This document shows positions 41,216-54,875 of a stretch of 64,000 nucleotides of DNA, piece by piece (within the stretch, counting starts at the first letter, position 1; the number at the start of each line of letters is the position of its first letter). The stretch comes from Octopus bimaculoides (Eukaryota). Both the position numbers and the translations under genes were made by a program. The stretch lies in assembly GCF_001194135.2 (NCBI RefSeq), contig NC_068999.1:13113688-13177687 (forward strand), read 5' to 3'. The notes beneath the pieces were generated by a model. That model was not told where the DNA came from. It ran no database searches and saw only the letters and a list, made by a program, of their open reading frames with translations.

Positions 41216-42080
41216 GAAAAAGGAAAACGCATGGAAGGAAAAGAAAATGTACGGTCATTTTGTAAGAGATGTGAACGCCAAGACAGGTGCAGAGGACCGG
41301 TGGCTATGGATGTGGCGGAGTGACCTGAAGATAGAGATAGAAGCACTCATAGGCGCAGCTCAGGAACAAGTGTTAAGGACCAGTTATTTGAAGCGCAGAA
41401 GAGACAACGTTACGCATAGCGACACATGTAGAATGTGTGCTGAGAAGGTGAAGCGATATGGAACATTACTAGCAAATTGCCGAAATTGGCATGTTCCAAA
41501 TATAAAAGACGCCATTACAATGTGGCAACATGATCCATTTGAAGCTCTGTAGAAATCATGGCCTAAAAAGAGAAACGACGTGGTATGAGAAAACTTCAAA
41601 AGGAATCATCGAACATGAGAATTGAAAATCCTGTGGGATTCAATATTTCAGTGCGATCACCCGACCAGAAATTGGAAACTGGACATTGTTGTGGTGAATA
41701 AAAAAAATAGAACATTATGATAATCGACATAGCATGTCTCCTTGACAGCAGGTTCAATGTAAAATCCACCATGACGATTTGAAGTGGAAAATACGAAGAT
41801 TGTGGTCAATGAAGAGAGGAAGCATGATATCAGTAGTAATTGGTGTACTTGGAAGTATCAGCAGTCGTCTACCAAAAGGATCGGTGCAAGCTGGAAGCAA
41901 GAACACCTGCAAACATCAATATTGCGTGGAACTGCAAGACTTCTTTGCACGGTTCTTCAAGTGTGGCAAGTAAAACATTGTTACCGTAGTCAACTGGGTA
42001 CAGACAGCTGACAATTTCCGTCATATCCAACAAAATAAGCTTTGAGTTCCATATAAGAATAACAAAATAATTTTAATAAT
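41215..42080 (+). mobile_element. 5'-truncated R4/Dong-like non-LTR retrotransposon relic A (post-RT region, CCHC knuckle, REL endonuclease, 3' UTR)
   Basis: WKEKKMYGHF...W.W...DLKIEIEALIGAAQEQVLRT, CRMC knuckle at 41427, frameshifted YKRRH.NVA, ILWDFNI...DIVVVNK...IID (PD-(D/E)xK-type), LKWKIRRLW...VVIGVLG...GTAR. It starts directly after (TAA)10 and ends in a degenerate TAA tail. Confidence 0.88.
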
Positions 42081-42854
42081 CTACACCTTTACCTGTTCTC
42101 TTCGGTAAGTTATCTCCAATTTTTAACCCGCAAATTTAAGCACATAGTGTTATGTATCATATTTCAACTGATTCTCATGCATATATACACCATCACTTTC
42201 TAAGACATGCCCTGTGTCATGAGCACTGCTGCTGCATCGTTCATAAAAAAAAAATAAACAGGCAGTTATAGTATTGACATGACATTCATGCATTTAGAAT
42301 GATAATATACTTTCATAGCAGCGCGATATCGTTTTGATTGCACTTACTAGTGATAGAAATTACAAGAGTTCATTGATGTGTAACCAATTATTCCTCCATG
42401 AAATCAGTCCTGATATATTGATAATAGATAGAATCGGCACTGTTCGAAATCGGGATCAATGAACCAATAATTGTTCCTCTGCAAAGCAATCGTTGGGTTT
42501 CAATAAAAATAACCATAAATATATAGACACCGAGATATATTGAAAATAGTAGAATATAGAAAAAAAAAAGGATAAAACAATCTAAAAAGGCAAGTAGTTG
42601 GCATTAGATTTCTTGTTGTTTTCTTTTTATTAGCACACAGTCGTAGTTTTCAGTTAGAAAATTGGTACTTCACTATATATTCAATTTATTAAATTTGACA
42701 TTAAATGTGTGATCGCATCTTTGGCAAATTAGGTTTCTATCGCTTTCATTGCTATTCCGATATATGTATACATACATCAATATATAAGAACTTATATATT
42801 CGGAGGCATCGACACATAATACATACAAGCACACATGTATAATAATAATAATAA

Positions 42855-44487
42855 CGGTAAAAGTAAGAAGAAGAAACAACCATGAAGCACGCACCTCTCA
42901 AGCACAAACGCACAGCACCTGATACAATAGAAATTTATTTCAAACTATCAGATGTCGAATAATAATAGTGGTGATGGCGATGGTAACGGACGTTATATTG
43001 CCTCAGTTTATGATAGACATATTTTTGCATAGATACTCTGTTTCTAACCACGTAAATGTGGTTGAACGTTTAAGAGAAGGCCTCTTGCTCGGCGATGATG
43101 CATTAAGGATACAGACTGACCTCAGCTGTTATCCTACACCAGCATCAGCAATCGATAGAATAAAGAAGAGAAAGTGGACCAGCGAAGAAATCAGGATAGT
43201 GAGTATATTCAGCATTTCAGAGAACATAAGTAAATTAATTAGCTTTACCAAGAAAGATTGGAAAGTAGATCTCTACTCAGATGGCACAGTCATAAAGTAA
43301 GTTATTATCAAGAGAGGAATTTTCAAACGAGACTCGTAATCCACTTTAACTATTTTTTTTTATCAGACTCAGTTTAGTATTGAGGAAGGCAAAAACAGAG
43401 TAACAGTTTACAATTAGTAAAGGAAAATTAACCATTTGCACCACAGGGATGAACGGAAAGTGTTATGAATGAAAAACATATATATATAGATTCTTCAATA
43501 AAGACTATAGGACCCCTCGGCAAAGTTATAGGTATGGAATTTGGCCTACATATGTGTGCAATATTAGTCATGAGATGGTGACATGTAGTCAACAGTGAAG
43601 GAATCCAATTATAAGAAGGCCAGGCATTAAATTCATTAAAGGAAGGAGGAAGTTATAAGTATTTAGGGGTATTTGAATCTGGCAGAATACTAACTGTACA
43701 AATGTAAACGAAAATTGATTAGTAGTGAATAAGACGGGTGAGGAAATGAAATTTAAGCTACAAGGCATGAATTTAATGAAAGCTGTAAATACTTTGGGAG
43801 TATCATTACTTAGATATTAAGCAGCATTTGTAGTTTTCACAAAACATCGATTAGCGAAGCTAGAAAAAAGAACCAGGCAGGAATTCCATATGAGTGGATG
43901 ATTCGACATAAGAGCAGGAGTAGAATGATTATGGTTACCCGGAAAGGAAACGGAAGAGTGTTAATATCTGTAGATGATTCCGTGGAGTTAGCTAGAGCAA
44001 ATATAGACACCTATGTAGGTAATCGTGTAGAATATTTATGAAGAGTTGCTAAATTCACAGCAAGACACAGGAAACGGAAACAAATTAAACGAAGTTTAAC
44101 AAGAGGTGTTTTCTGACTGGCAGGAGAAGGATTTGCGTGGTGATTTTCCAAAGGTACTTGTAGTAAATCGTATCAGTGAGACATGGATATGGTTGTAGAA
44201 AGGATAGTTTAAAGGGAAGCACAATGCTTGTTAATAGCAGCACGGGATCACGAATTAAGGACTAATTGAATAAAAGCTAAAAGAGACAAATACCGAGTAG
44301 ATTCCCGATGTAGATTTTGCAAATCAAAAGAGGATAATGTTACTTATACAATGAGTGAATGTTGCATGCTAGTATAACAATAATACAAGAAAATACATGA
44401 CAAACTAGGGAGTTACGTAGCATGCTAGGATTTGAGCATACTGATAAATGATATGAACATGAACTTAGTAAAATACTGGAAAGTAAG
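42855..44487 (+). mobile_element. Degenerate R4/Dong-like retrotransposon relic B: 5' end fused to mid-RT, lacking the REL and 3' end
   Basis: Follows (TAA)5 at 42840-42854. ATG at 42952 (MSNNNSGDGDG...), KRKWTSEE..IV, then SENISKLI...WK.DL, RGIFKRDS (cf. GIFQGDSLSP), KINHL, EFGL..CA, SYKYLG, KAVNT.GVSLLRY, LPRKG.GR.LISV, W.EK.L.G, CRFC knuckle at 44309. Many stops and frameshifts. Confidence 0.82.
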
Positions 44488-46360
44488 ACATATTTTTTTT
44501 TCCGATTAGTGCATTTAGTTCTTCATGTATTTGTATCATGTTTCTTCACTTTTTCGTTTTATTGTTAGATATCCTGAACATGAAAATCTCATTCTTCACT
44601 GATGTAAAGGCAGTGACTTTTCCGTCTCTTAATATTTCATGATCTGTGCGAGAAAACAAGCGCTGAACATTGAATTATATACTATGTTCATATATCTCAC
44701 AAATTACACATTTGAGACTGTACCTTAAACCTAAATGTAAACTATATACCGCATGAATAGTAATCCAATCATCTAATACTAATACCTACAATTTTTATAT
44801 GTAAAGTAATCTGAATATTCTCAGCATCCGCCGGGTTTTCAAACAAAGAGGAACTTGATATAATGACAGAGAATTTACGTTGTCATTTAGTAAAAGAAAG
44901 AACGGTTTAAAACAATATTTAAATCTTTACAATTTACTTTGACACTTAAAATACAAACCACATTATAACACAATTTCAATCCGCTCTTTCATTAAGTTAT
45001 GATTCATTCTCATATCATTAGAAATTTCGTATGCCAAACTATTGAAGATTCTCAATATAGCATTACTATGATGAATGCTAAAACATAAATTGTACCACTG
45101 CCAGTTACAGCTGCATACATTAATACGATAAAACATCATACTCAGATGCCAACAATATAAAATGAGACAGGTTGTGCAGGAATATAACCGTTCCATACTC
45201 TCACGATAATTCAGATAGCGCCGACGCAATATTATATGATATTGCATGACATAATTGCCATCAATGAAATGTCTAACAAAACGTGAAAGCTTAAACATGA
45301 TATGTATTTTGTAAAACGTAAATATGGAAATAGAAATAGAGTAATTTAACTATATTGCGTTTTGCAACCACTCTGGAATGAAGAAGAGAACATCTTCATT
45401 TGAACTTAATGTAAAGTATCAATGATTATAATATATAAAGTGAAAGAGACTCTGTATGCCGATGATATTGAAATGATAGGATCTTTACACATGAGACAGG
45501 TAATTTGATAAAACAAATGTCTCCATGAATTAAGTAATCGCATGATCATATTTTCTCAAGAATCATCCCCAAATAAAATTGCTGTCAATTAATTTATACA
45601 ATCACGTTCCTTAACAGGTTAAGCATATGTATATAAACGAAGTATTCACTCATGCCATATAGCTCATTTAGCAAAATATTTGTTCATTGTATGAGCATGT
45701 TGTTAATGCAATACTGCTCGAAAGATTCCCCCTTGTTTACTTTCGCTGCATCCAATACGGTGTGTTGATACCAATTGCTTAAACGCAACTAGTATTTACC
45801 CTAGTGTTTTATAGATTATCTTCTTAACTATTTGCTATAATCCGGAATATTACTTAAGGGAGATCCCTTCTAAATACGCCGGAAATCTCTACACATATAT
45901 AACAACCGATTCTCTTTGGCTTTCAAGATATATTACATATGTATAGAATCGTGTTCTGTCATCCATCGGGTAAATACATTATGAAATCGATGATTCTATA
46001 GATAAAAAAAATCTGAGTAATGTTATTTAAGACACACGATGAATATAATGGGGTGTAAAAGTAGATAAAGTTATGTATGAGGGAATTTACCATTGCTCAA
46101 TATAAATGAGTAAAAACATTTAAACAACGGAATACTTTGAAAGAACTGACTACAAAGGATTATCTAATCAAAACATCAATTGCAGATAGTTACCACGTAA
46201 CGTAAGGAACAATTCCACGCCATGCAACGCAGAGTAGATACATGAAAGACTTTAAAGTGTTAAATCGAAGGATATTAAAATGAACACCAGGGTTTGAAAT
46301 TGCAACAGTTACTAATTAATGCAGTAAAACCATGTGTAGGTCTATTTGGGTCAGTATATA

Positions 46361-46886
46361 TAGGGTCGGACGTCTTTGAAATGGTTATTACTCAGCCCCA
46401 GGGGAGAGAAATATGATCGAATGGTATTATTCGGTCCACGGTGTCTTAGCATTTTTACTTCTTTTCAAGAGAAATCATGGATGATAGAGAAATTGTGGAC
46501 GGTAGAGCAGCACATGTTTGCCTACGGCAGTTACGTGGTGAATACAGAGTGTGTCACAGCAGTTGAGCTTGAGTTTCGGCGCCACTTCAACATTCACCAA
46601 AATCAGGCGGTCGCCATCCGTATCGCAATCTTACGTTGGGTGCACTTAATGCACGACGTACACTAATGAACAGGAGGGGACCTGGGAAAATGTGGAACGC
46701 GTCAGATAAGCTTTCAGAACTCCAGCAATGGAAAGGGACACCGCGTGTTACATGTTCTTTTCCACACTTGATTCTGATAAATGCTAATTTAATACAAATA
46801 CATTGATGTCAATAAAATTTCCCTGCAGCTAAATTTTATAATTTTGTCAGTTTTTCAAAAACGTCCGTCATATCTGTACCACCCTG
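46361..46886 (+). mobile_element. Internally deleted Tc1/mariner-superfamily element with a DUF4817-like N-terminal HTH
   Basis: Right end ttcaaaaacgtccgtcatatctgtaccaccctg|TA; left end TA|tagggt-cggacgtctttgaaa is the same TIR with a ~13-bp deletion. It encodes WTVEQHMFAYGSYV.NTECVTAV.LEFRRHFNIHQNQAV...ILRWV, then ENVERVR, then jumps to a C-terminus-like segment. Confidence 0.75.
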
Positions 46887-46935
46887 TATTAAGAAGTTAT
46901 TAAAGGCAATGCTATACTACTTCGAAATAATCTTC

Positions 46936-47183
46936 ATTATTATCATTATTATTATTTTCTTTTTATCAAAGGTTTTGTTAGAAACACGGACATCTTGTGT
47001 GCGTTGCACGGTACCAAGCTATCGGTTCTTTTAATATAATACTTCCCTGATTATTCTGGCCATGTCAAGGTGGCAAGCTTTTGTAACAGTTCTACTGGGA
47101 ACTTTATTCCAATTTCCTTTATATCCTTCTTGATGCCTTCTGATACTGTCTCAAAATACCAAACAATAATTGGAACTATTGTG
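46936..47183 (-). mobile_element. 3'-terminal fragment of R4/Dong-like retrotransposon, relic C
   Basis: The minus strand reads TIVPIIV...TVSEGIKKDIKEIGIKFPVELLQK.../MARIIREVLY*, matching the REL C-termini of relics A and D. A 3' UTR and a (TAA)-type tail at 46936-46956 follow. Confidence 0.7.
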
Positions 47184-48799
47184 TATTCATGTGTATTCAT
47201 GTGTATTCATGTACAAGTAATTTCCAGTCAATTTCGCCTCCTTCCTGTCATCATATCCATGTGCACGAAGACATATTTTCTCTACATTAAGAACGGTAAA
47301 TTCATTGAAAATGTATCCGGCTTTACGACAGATAGAGTCCACTTGCCACGGAAAACGTTGCATGATTTATTGCAAAACGTTATTTTGTTCAAGTCTTGTC
47401 ATGGTGAATACGTCTTTCTTTGTGATTCTTCTTCGTTGTCCAACGCCTAAAGTTTGCTTTTTTACATTTTGAAATTGCGATTCACTGTTTCCCAGAAAAT
47501 TATGAAAGGCGGCAATATATTCCTCCAATGATATTCACTGTAAATTTCTTTCCAGAGGAAAATTGTTTGATCATGGAAAAGCGACATGACAACACAAAAA
47601 AAAAAGGGGGATTTTCATGTACGGATCATAGTGCTGTACCTTGTCACTTGATCAGATAAAAAAATGTACGTATCTTGAATTTGAATGCACCAAACTAACT
47701 ACAGGAGAATATCGGATTTCTTCCCTTCAGAATGCATGTCCTCTTGGATGATACATATTTTTCAATTGCTTCTAATACTTAAATGCACCTATTGTCCTCC
47801 GTATTTCTCTATCTACATAGTCCGCTTGCGCAGAAGGTTCGCCTATAGTGATTCATCTTCCACATGAACATGTTCCTTACTCACTCCTGTTGCAATTCAG
47901 TGGTTTCAGTTGATGATTTATTACCGAGTTCATTGTCGTCAATAATGAATTATGTTTCTTTAAAACCGTTCATGCATTTCTATTTCTGTGTGATTGCGTC
48001 TGTGTGTTTTGTGCGCAAGCGCGAACGTTACATTTGTACATAGAGTATAGCTTATCAATAAAATGTTTCTGATAAATACTGATTTCATTTCATCTTATAT
48101 TTGTTGACGTTATTATTGTTTTTCTATGCACCGATAAAGAAATTTTTCTAATCACGTCATGTACATTAACATGACTTCATATAATGAGACATCGGGTACA
48201 GTTTTAGTGTTTTCTGTACAAAATAATGTAGCATTTTATCACAAATTTTAATGTACGGAAGTGTCAGTTTACATCATTCTGAATAGCAATAGCCGATGTA
48301 GAATTAATGCAGTCAGGTAATCTTCATTCAAACAATGTCAATATGTGTTAAAATTCTTCACGTTTATTACATTGAAAAGAATATCTAAACGGACATATTT
48401 CACTGCAGATTAAAGTAAACTTGAAAACATAGAAATGGTCATGGAATCTACTTACCACCTCATTCTATATTCACAGTAAATGTAAATGTTAACAGACATC
48501 AAAATGTTTCTACATGTTTACGATATAAATATCCACAAAGAAAAATTGTGCAAGTTCGTAAAGTACATAAGATTAATACAAGTGTTAGGAATATTGAAAT
48601 ACTTTAAAAACGGAGTAAAGAAACAAGAAACGAGTCGACACAAATAATCTTCAAAGGTTTAAGCGCTGGATTTAGTATCAGTTACTGCTGCTCGAAAGAG
48701 TTGAATTGGGAGAGGAATGACAGTGCGAGATCATGTGAACATTGGAAACTGATAAAATGTCACATTTAGACGTTGATATGTAACTTATTAAAATATAAT

Positions 48800-48986
48800 G
48801 GTTCCAAAGTTTGGCACCTGGCCAATAATTCGAGTGGGGAGATAAGTCGTTTACACCAACTCTGATACATAATTAGTACTATTTTATTGACCACACGAGG
48901 ACGAAAGACAAAATCATTCTCGGTGAAATTCGACACTCAAAGGCAAAGAAGTAAGGAATGTCCTGCTTATGTTTCTGCCTTAGCTG
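48800..48986 (-). mobile_element. SINE family 2, degenerate
   Basis: ttccaaagtttggcacctggccaataatt...gtactattttattgacc...gacgaaagacaaaatc..tctcggtgaaattcgacactc; reverse-colinear with 49375-49576. Confidence 0.6.
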
Positions 48987-49374
48987 AGAAAAAATATAAT
49001 ATCTACAATTTTACTGTTAAATTAACTATATATATTGTCCATTGGAATTTTAGGAGAGGTCTTCAGATGGTATAGATGGGAAGGGGAGCATACATGTTTT
49101 CATTCAAAATGTGCTTCAGGTGATTTTATTTTTATTTTGTCAGTTATTTTATGTGATATCTCAATAGGAGTAATGACATTCAAGATCTTAAACCGGTTTA
49201 ATGGAATGTATTTTGACGGGAAAAAAACTAGTTGATTTGATTCAAAAATGCCCCGTTGCATCTGAGTATTTTTGTTGGTATCTAGTCTCGTCTCGAATGA
49301 ATTAAGAAATCTTGAACTGCGATCAAGATTGTGACCACTTCATGTTGTTCATATGGTTTAAAATTAATTTGCAA

Positions 49375-49576
49375 GGTACTGAGATGGCAGAATCGCTAGA
49401 ACGTCGAGCCAAATGCTTAGAAGCATTTTATTTGTCTTCATGTTATGTGTTCAAATTACGCCGGGGTTGGCTTTGCTTTTTATTAAGTACCAGTCCAACT
49501 CTGCGATCAATATAATCGACTTAACTCCTTTCTCGAATCACCTGTCCTTGTGACAAAACTTAGAGTCATTATTATT
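49375..49576 (+). mobile_element. SINE family 2
   Basis: gagatggcagaatcgctagaacgtcgagccaaatgcttag...gtgttcaaattacgccggggttggctttgc...aagtaccag...taatcgactt...ccttgtgacaaaacttaga. Confidence 0.78.
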
Positions 49577-51999
49577 TTAATCCTATTTGGAAGTTAAACT
49601 CACGCGAACAGCATACGGTCAATTGAGGACATTCATCGGCACTAATTTTAAGACTGTGGAAGAAAGATGTCACATTTTCATATGTACGGTATAGGCAAGA
49701 TAGTCAGTTAGCCTCATAAAAGATGTAAGTAATCAGTAGTGCAAACGTTGGCTGAATTACGATTAAACTCACAGTTTTCGTCGTACTAATAGAAAATGAG
49801 TGTTTTATTACAATTAACATAAAGTGGAACGTTGGCACCTTTAGAGAAAACATATTTCAAAAACGAAAATTATGAATCCAACGCGTCAAAGGAATTTGAT
49901 ACGTTGAATAAGATAAAAAGAGGGGAATATCTACGCAACCAATCAACTCCTGACATCAGATAAAATTTGGATTTTTGATTTCTTTTCTATCTGATTCAGC
50001 TCTTTCGGTTACTATGAAATTGTGATTGCAGTGAACTTATAGAGAGGCATGGTGTAAAAAAACACATACCGATAAATTGCATTAGAAAAGTATCGTGGTG
50101 ATATTTTACAAAATGTATTATTATGTAATTCCAGTGTATTATATGAGGGTCCAGCACACACAAACCCACACACACACACACACATTTATATGAGCGTCCA
50201 ACCACACACATTTATATTTTCAAATGTGTGATTAAAGCTGTTTATTACATCGGTCAATTTGAAGAAATATGATATAAACCGTAATGTGTAAAGTCAGTAT
50301 TCATATCTCCATATTGCGAAAGTATAAAATTATTACAAAATTGAATTGCCAACAAAACATGGAAGTTCACTATGTTTCGACGTCCATTTCATGGTGGTGA
50401 TTTAGTAAATCTATCGTCGCAGAAATCTTCTAATTATATCAAATAATGGGAAATTCAGTCGCAAGGCTTTCCGTTAGACGCTATTCTCACGACATAATAT
50501 GTGCACACGAGTTTGAACATATTAATTTTTATTCTGCAAAATGTGAAGTTTTTACTGAATTGAACAATTGTGGGGTTATATAAGTGGTGCTTTATATTGT
50601 GTAATTCTAATAATTTCAAATAAATTTATGTAATTTTCAGAAGTCTCGAAAATAAACGTATTATAAAATATTATGTGTATACATTTGTTTGCCATTATTT
50701 TCCCGATACGTTTCATATAGATCTAACTATATCTGTTAGTTTACACGCAATCATTATCGTGGCTTGGTGCGTTTAAATTGTATTTATTGAACATTCCTCT
50801 GCACCTGGTTAATATTATATGTGTACGTTATTGCAAAGTAACGTAAATTGAAAATCAAATTCCTATTCAGAAGATTATGCTCTCTGTTACATGAAAAACA
50901 TTTACTAAATTACATGAGTAAACTACGAAAACGAGCTTCTGAAACTGAAAAGCAGAAGTGCTCATATTTCAAAAGTATAGAATACAATGTTAATGCTAAA
51001 TGTGGGTACATAGCAAATGCCTCTTATGCTGCAGAACTGATACTTAATAGAATTGGGAATAATGCCAAATTAAAGTCTATTGAACAAAGTTTAGTCGCTA
51101 ATAACCTATCACGAATTGCCTTTCTTAAACTGCGCTGAAAATATAAAGTTTAGTTTGAATGATTCCAAATATATCCTTGTTTCGTTTTTTATTTGATTAA
51201 TTTCGGACGAAAACCATTCCAAAACGGCTCATCTGAAATACGTGTTGTTACTATATTTCTTGAGCCGTAAGGGTTCTGAATCTGGCTACCTGGGTTCTAT
51301 GGAAACCGAAATCAGACCATTCCTCTGAAGGAGATGTCTATTCGCTGGAGTGTTACAGGTCTGTCTTCCTGCGGCGGAGAGTCAAATCGATTTATCAGAC
51401 GCTAATGCTTCACTGGTACACAATTTCTATGCGCGCAAACAGATGAAGTGCAAAGTTTATATCAGCAGTATTTGAAACTAAGGACATAAACAACAGGAAT
51501 GAGAGCACTTGTGTATTGATAATGATGTACTGAGGCTATTATCACCCCCACTAACACCATCCAGAGGAAAGTTAAGAAACGTAGAGCAAAGGAAAATGTT
51601 AGCATTCATAACAAACCGAAATGAAACAATATGATGTTATTTTGCTACAAGCGATTAGAGCTTTGCATTTCAGAAATGATTTACAAAATACAATCATATA
51701 TATATATATGATTGCATTGTCATTCCTTCCCTATTTCTAACAAAACTGTCCGATGAACGGGAACGTGAAACTCAGAGTAACAGTCTTTTGTTATATTTCT
51801 GCTGCTTTTAAATAAAGTNNNNNNNNNNNNNNNNNNNNNNNNNNNNNNNNNNNNNNNNNNNNNNNNNNNNNNNNNNNNNNNNNNNNNNNNNNNNNNNNNN
51901 NNNNNNNNNNNNNNNNNNNNNNNNNNNNNNNNNNNNNNNNNNNNNNNNNNNNNNNNNNNNNNNNNNNNNNNNNNNNNNNNNNNNNNNNNNNNNNNNNNN

Positions 52000-52034
<35 letters not shown>

Positions 52035-52519
52035 GTATATGTATACATTTATATATACATGTGTGTGTGTGTGTGTGTATTTATGTATAAGCTTAGTATG
52101 AGAATACGCACAAAATCGCACGCAGAGACACATGCTCACACGCAGATATACACGTTATAGAGGCATTATTTGTAGTGTTGCATAAATCTAAACTTCTGAA
52201 TAAATGTATCTTGTTTTTATATAGGTACTATCAATAGTGATTTCAGCAGTAATGCTCTAATTAACGTCCCTTTGATCTTCGAACATTCTGTGTGGTTTTT
52301 TATTTACCTAGTCGTCAAATATTCCTCGTAGAGGCCTATGATAAATATGATAAAATATGTTCCACGCTTGAACATTCCGCCTGGTTGTGTTAGAAGATTA
52401 ATAGCAAAATTACCAGTATATTAGTATTATTGTGTTATTGTCTTTGCTCAGTTTCTAACGCCTCAGAAGTACTATGGTGTTAGCTGTCCACTACACCCCT
52501 TATTCTTCGAGCACTGAGC

Positions 52520-52935
52520 AGCCCATTATATCCCTCATGACTACCCGTCAACTAAAGGTACACTAACTGCGTCTATCACAAACATATGTGGGTGACATTG
52601 TGATCTCATATCAAGATATACAGCGCATGGGAGGCCCACGTAGACATTTCTTCAGGTCAAGTGGCCCATCCAGCTCAAAAGGTCCCGGAATAATGGGTGT
52701 TTCTGGATGATGAAAAAAAAAACACCCATATTTTCAAAGGTGAATTATTAAAACCCCCAAAAATTACCCTAAACGCAGTGCTATGCTGCTCCACAATAAT
52801 TTCTCCTCAGAGATGTAAATATCGTCAGTCCCTACGCGAAATGTTCTGCTGCTTAAGGTCAAGCAACAAGCAACTGACAAGCAAATCTGTGGTACTGAAC
52901 AGAAAATTTAATTTAGGCCATCTTTTATACATTCA
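52520..52935. repeat. Dispersed repeat family 4, copy 1 (probably retroposon-derived)
   Basis: Shares gatctcatatcaagata.acagc.catg, ttcaggtc, ggtcaagcaac and acaagcaaatctgtggtact with 55665-56050, in the same orientation. Confidence 0.8.
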
Positions 52936-53286
52936 AATTTCTATAATTCTGTATTATTATCACTTATTTTGAACTTGACAACGAAAGACTTTCTGTTTAA
53001 ATATCGCTCAATCAATAACATATCTATATACAATTGATTCGCCTTCTTCGTCTTGACAGTTTACATTTGTGAAGAGCTGTGTCAATCCTTTTAAAAATAT
53101 TATTATCAATATAATTATTATTATGTTTTTTTTCTACTTTCTTCAAATTTTCTTCCATTTCTCGCCGAATGTTTTCCGTACACCTAGGGCAGAGAAACTC
53201 ATTGTATGCATTCCCAGTTTACACACGCACAGTCACAGGTAAAACATGTATTTAAGAAAAAAAAAATTCATGAATGGATGTTGTTT

Positions 53287-53770
53287 TCACAGCGATAATG
53301 CTGTTCTCAGTACATGAGTCGTTCCAGTTAGCACGATTTTTTGCACTTCCTGTAGGGATGGTAAGCCTGGTATCATTTTCAAATAGGTTTCAGTACCTTT
53401 TTCTATCATTCCTAGAGATCCTACAATCACTGGTATGGTAGTCGCCTTGAGGTGCCACATGTTTTCAATTTCTATTAGCAAGTCTTTATATTTACTGAAC
53501 TTGTCAAATTCTTTCGCCGCTATATTATGATCAGAGGGAATACTCATGTCAATTAATAAACACGTTTTCTTTGTCTGATCTTTTATAATAATATCCGGTT
53601 TATTAGCTGTTATAGTCTTGTCGGTATGTACGGGGAAGTCCCAGAGAATCGATGTATTTTCTCCCTCAGTCACAGCTTCAGGATGGTGTTTATATCATTT
53701 GTCAGCGGTTTTGATTTTATAATGCTGACATATTGTCCAGTGTAAATACCGGCCAACTCTGTCATGTCTT
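53287..53770 (-). pseudogene. End of the CCHC region plus restriction-like endonuclease domain of relic D
   Basis: Track ORF 53287-53673 extends upstream in frame through one TGA (W>stop): RHDRVGRYLHWTICQHYKIKTADK*YKHHPEAVTEGENTSILWDF. Confidence 0.88.
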
Positions 53771-54875
53771 GCTTTATATTTACTAGTTTCCCTTTCTTAA
53801 AAGTGGCTTTGGCACACTTTTCAAGGCCAAACTCCATCCCGATATCATTACTGAATCCTTTCACAGTATGTAATAGTCCTTGAAGCTCTTTATCATCTTT
53901 GCCATACAGGTTTAAATCATCCATATAAAATAGATGGCTTATTTTCTTGTTGTCAATTTTGTAGTCATACCCTGTTCTATTCAGTTCACTTGAGAGTGGT
54001 ATCAGTGCTATGCAGAAAATTAGTGGTGAGAGCGAGTCACCCTGGAAAATTCCACANNNNNNNNNNATGCGATTAATTAAGAGCTGATCTTTGCATCCGT
54101 ATGAGCCTCGTCTGCATCCTTTTTGTTCAGTGGGAAAGAGGTTATTCTCTTCCATAAACGTGTATGTTTTCTCCACTAGAATAGATGTCAAAATCTTATA
54201 GGTAGTAGACACACATGTTATAGGCCGGTATAGCTCATTCAGAACTTCCTGCTTCATTTCAGTGATAGCTTTTCTGTGTTGTTCAGCAAATATGTGGTCT
54301 TCAAATTCTGTTTCGACATCATTTTCCTGGCTGCTTTCCCTAGGGTCATTATATTCTCCTTTTTCGTCAGGCTCTTGAGTGGTTTCGGCAGATGGTCGCC
54401 TTTCAGTCAATGCTTGTAGTCCAACGTTCCTCTCCTCTGCTTCATTATTTCTTTCCTGACTTATATTTAGGTCATTCTCTACCGCTCTTTTAATAGAGGT
54501 CAATTCTGCATCTGTGAGTCTGGTATTTCTGAGGATATCTCTTCTAACATTTGCTAATCTGTTTTCATCCAGGTTTGGTCTGCTAGCTGGATTTCGGCTC
54601 CTCCAAATGCTGTAGGAGTTTGCGGTGTGTTTCTCTTGGGTTGGCCTACTTAATGCAAAGTAAGAAGCGTAAATTACTTCTTTATATTCTTCCCGGTTCC
54701 ATTTAATTCTTTTACATTTTTGATTTTGTGGTCGTTGTTGTGGTGAACTTTGGGGGCTTAATTTGGGAGAAATCCCGTCTAAGTGACCTTCCAGGTTCCT
54801 ATTCGGGGAAGATATTCTGTCATTTGAAAATTCTTTCGTCGTCCGGCTGACAGATTGCTGACAGGCACGATTCCA
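53770..54875 (-). pseudogene. N-terminal domain and reverse transcriptase remnant of relic D
   Basis: The frame is open from 54875 to the 10-N gap (54057-54066), and RT motifs resume after it (track ORF 53670-54503). The YMDD catalytic motif is present. Confidence 0.9.
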
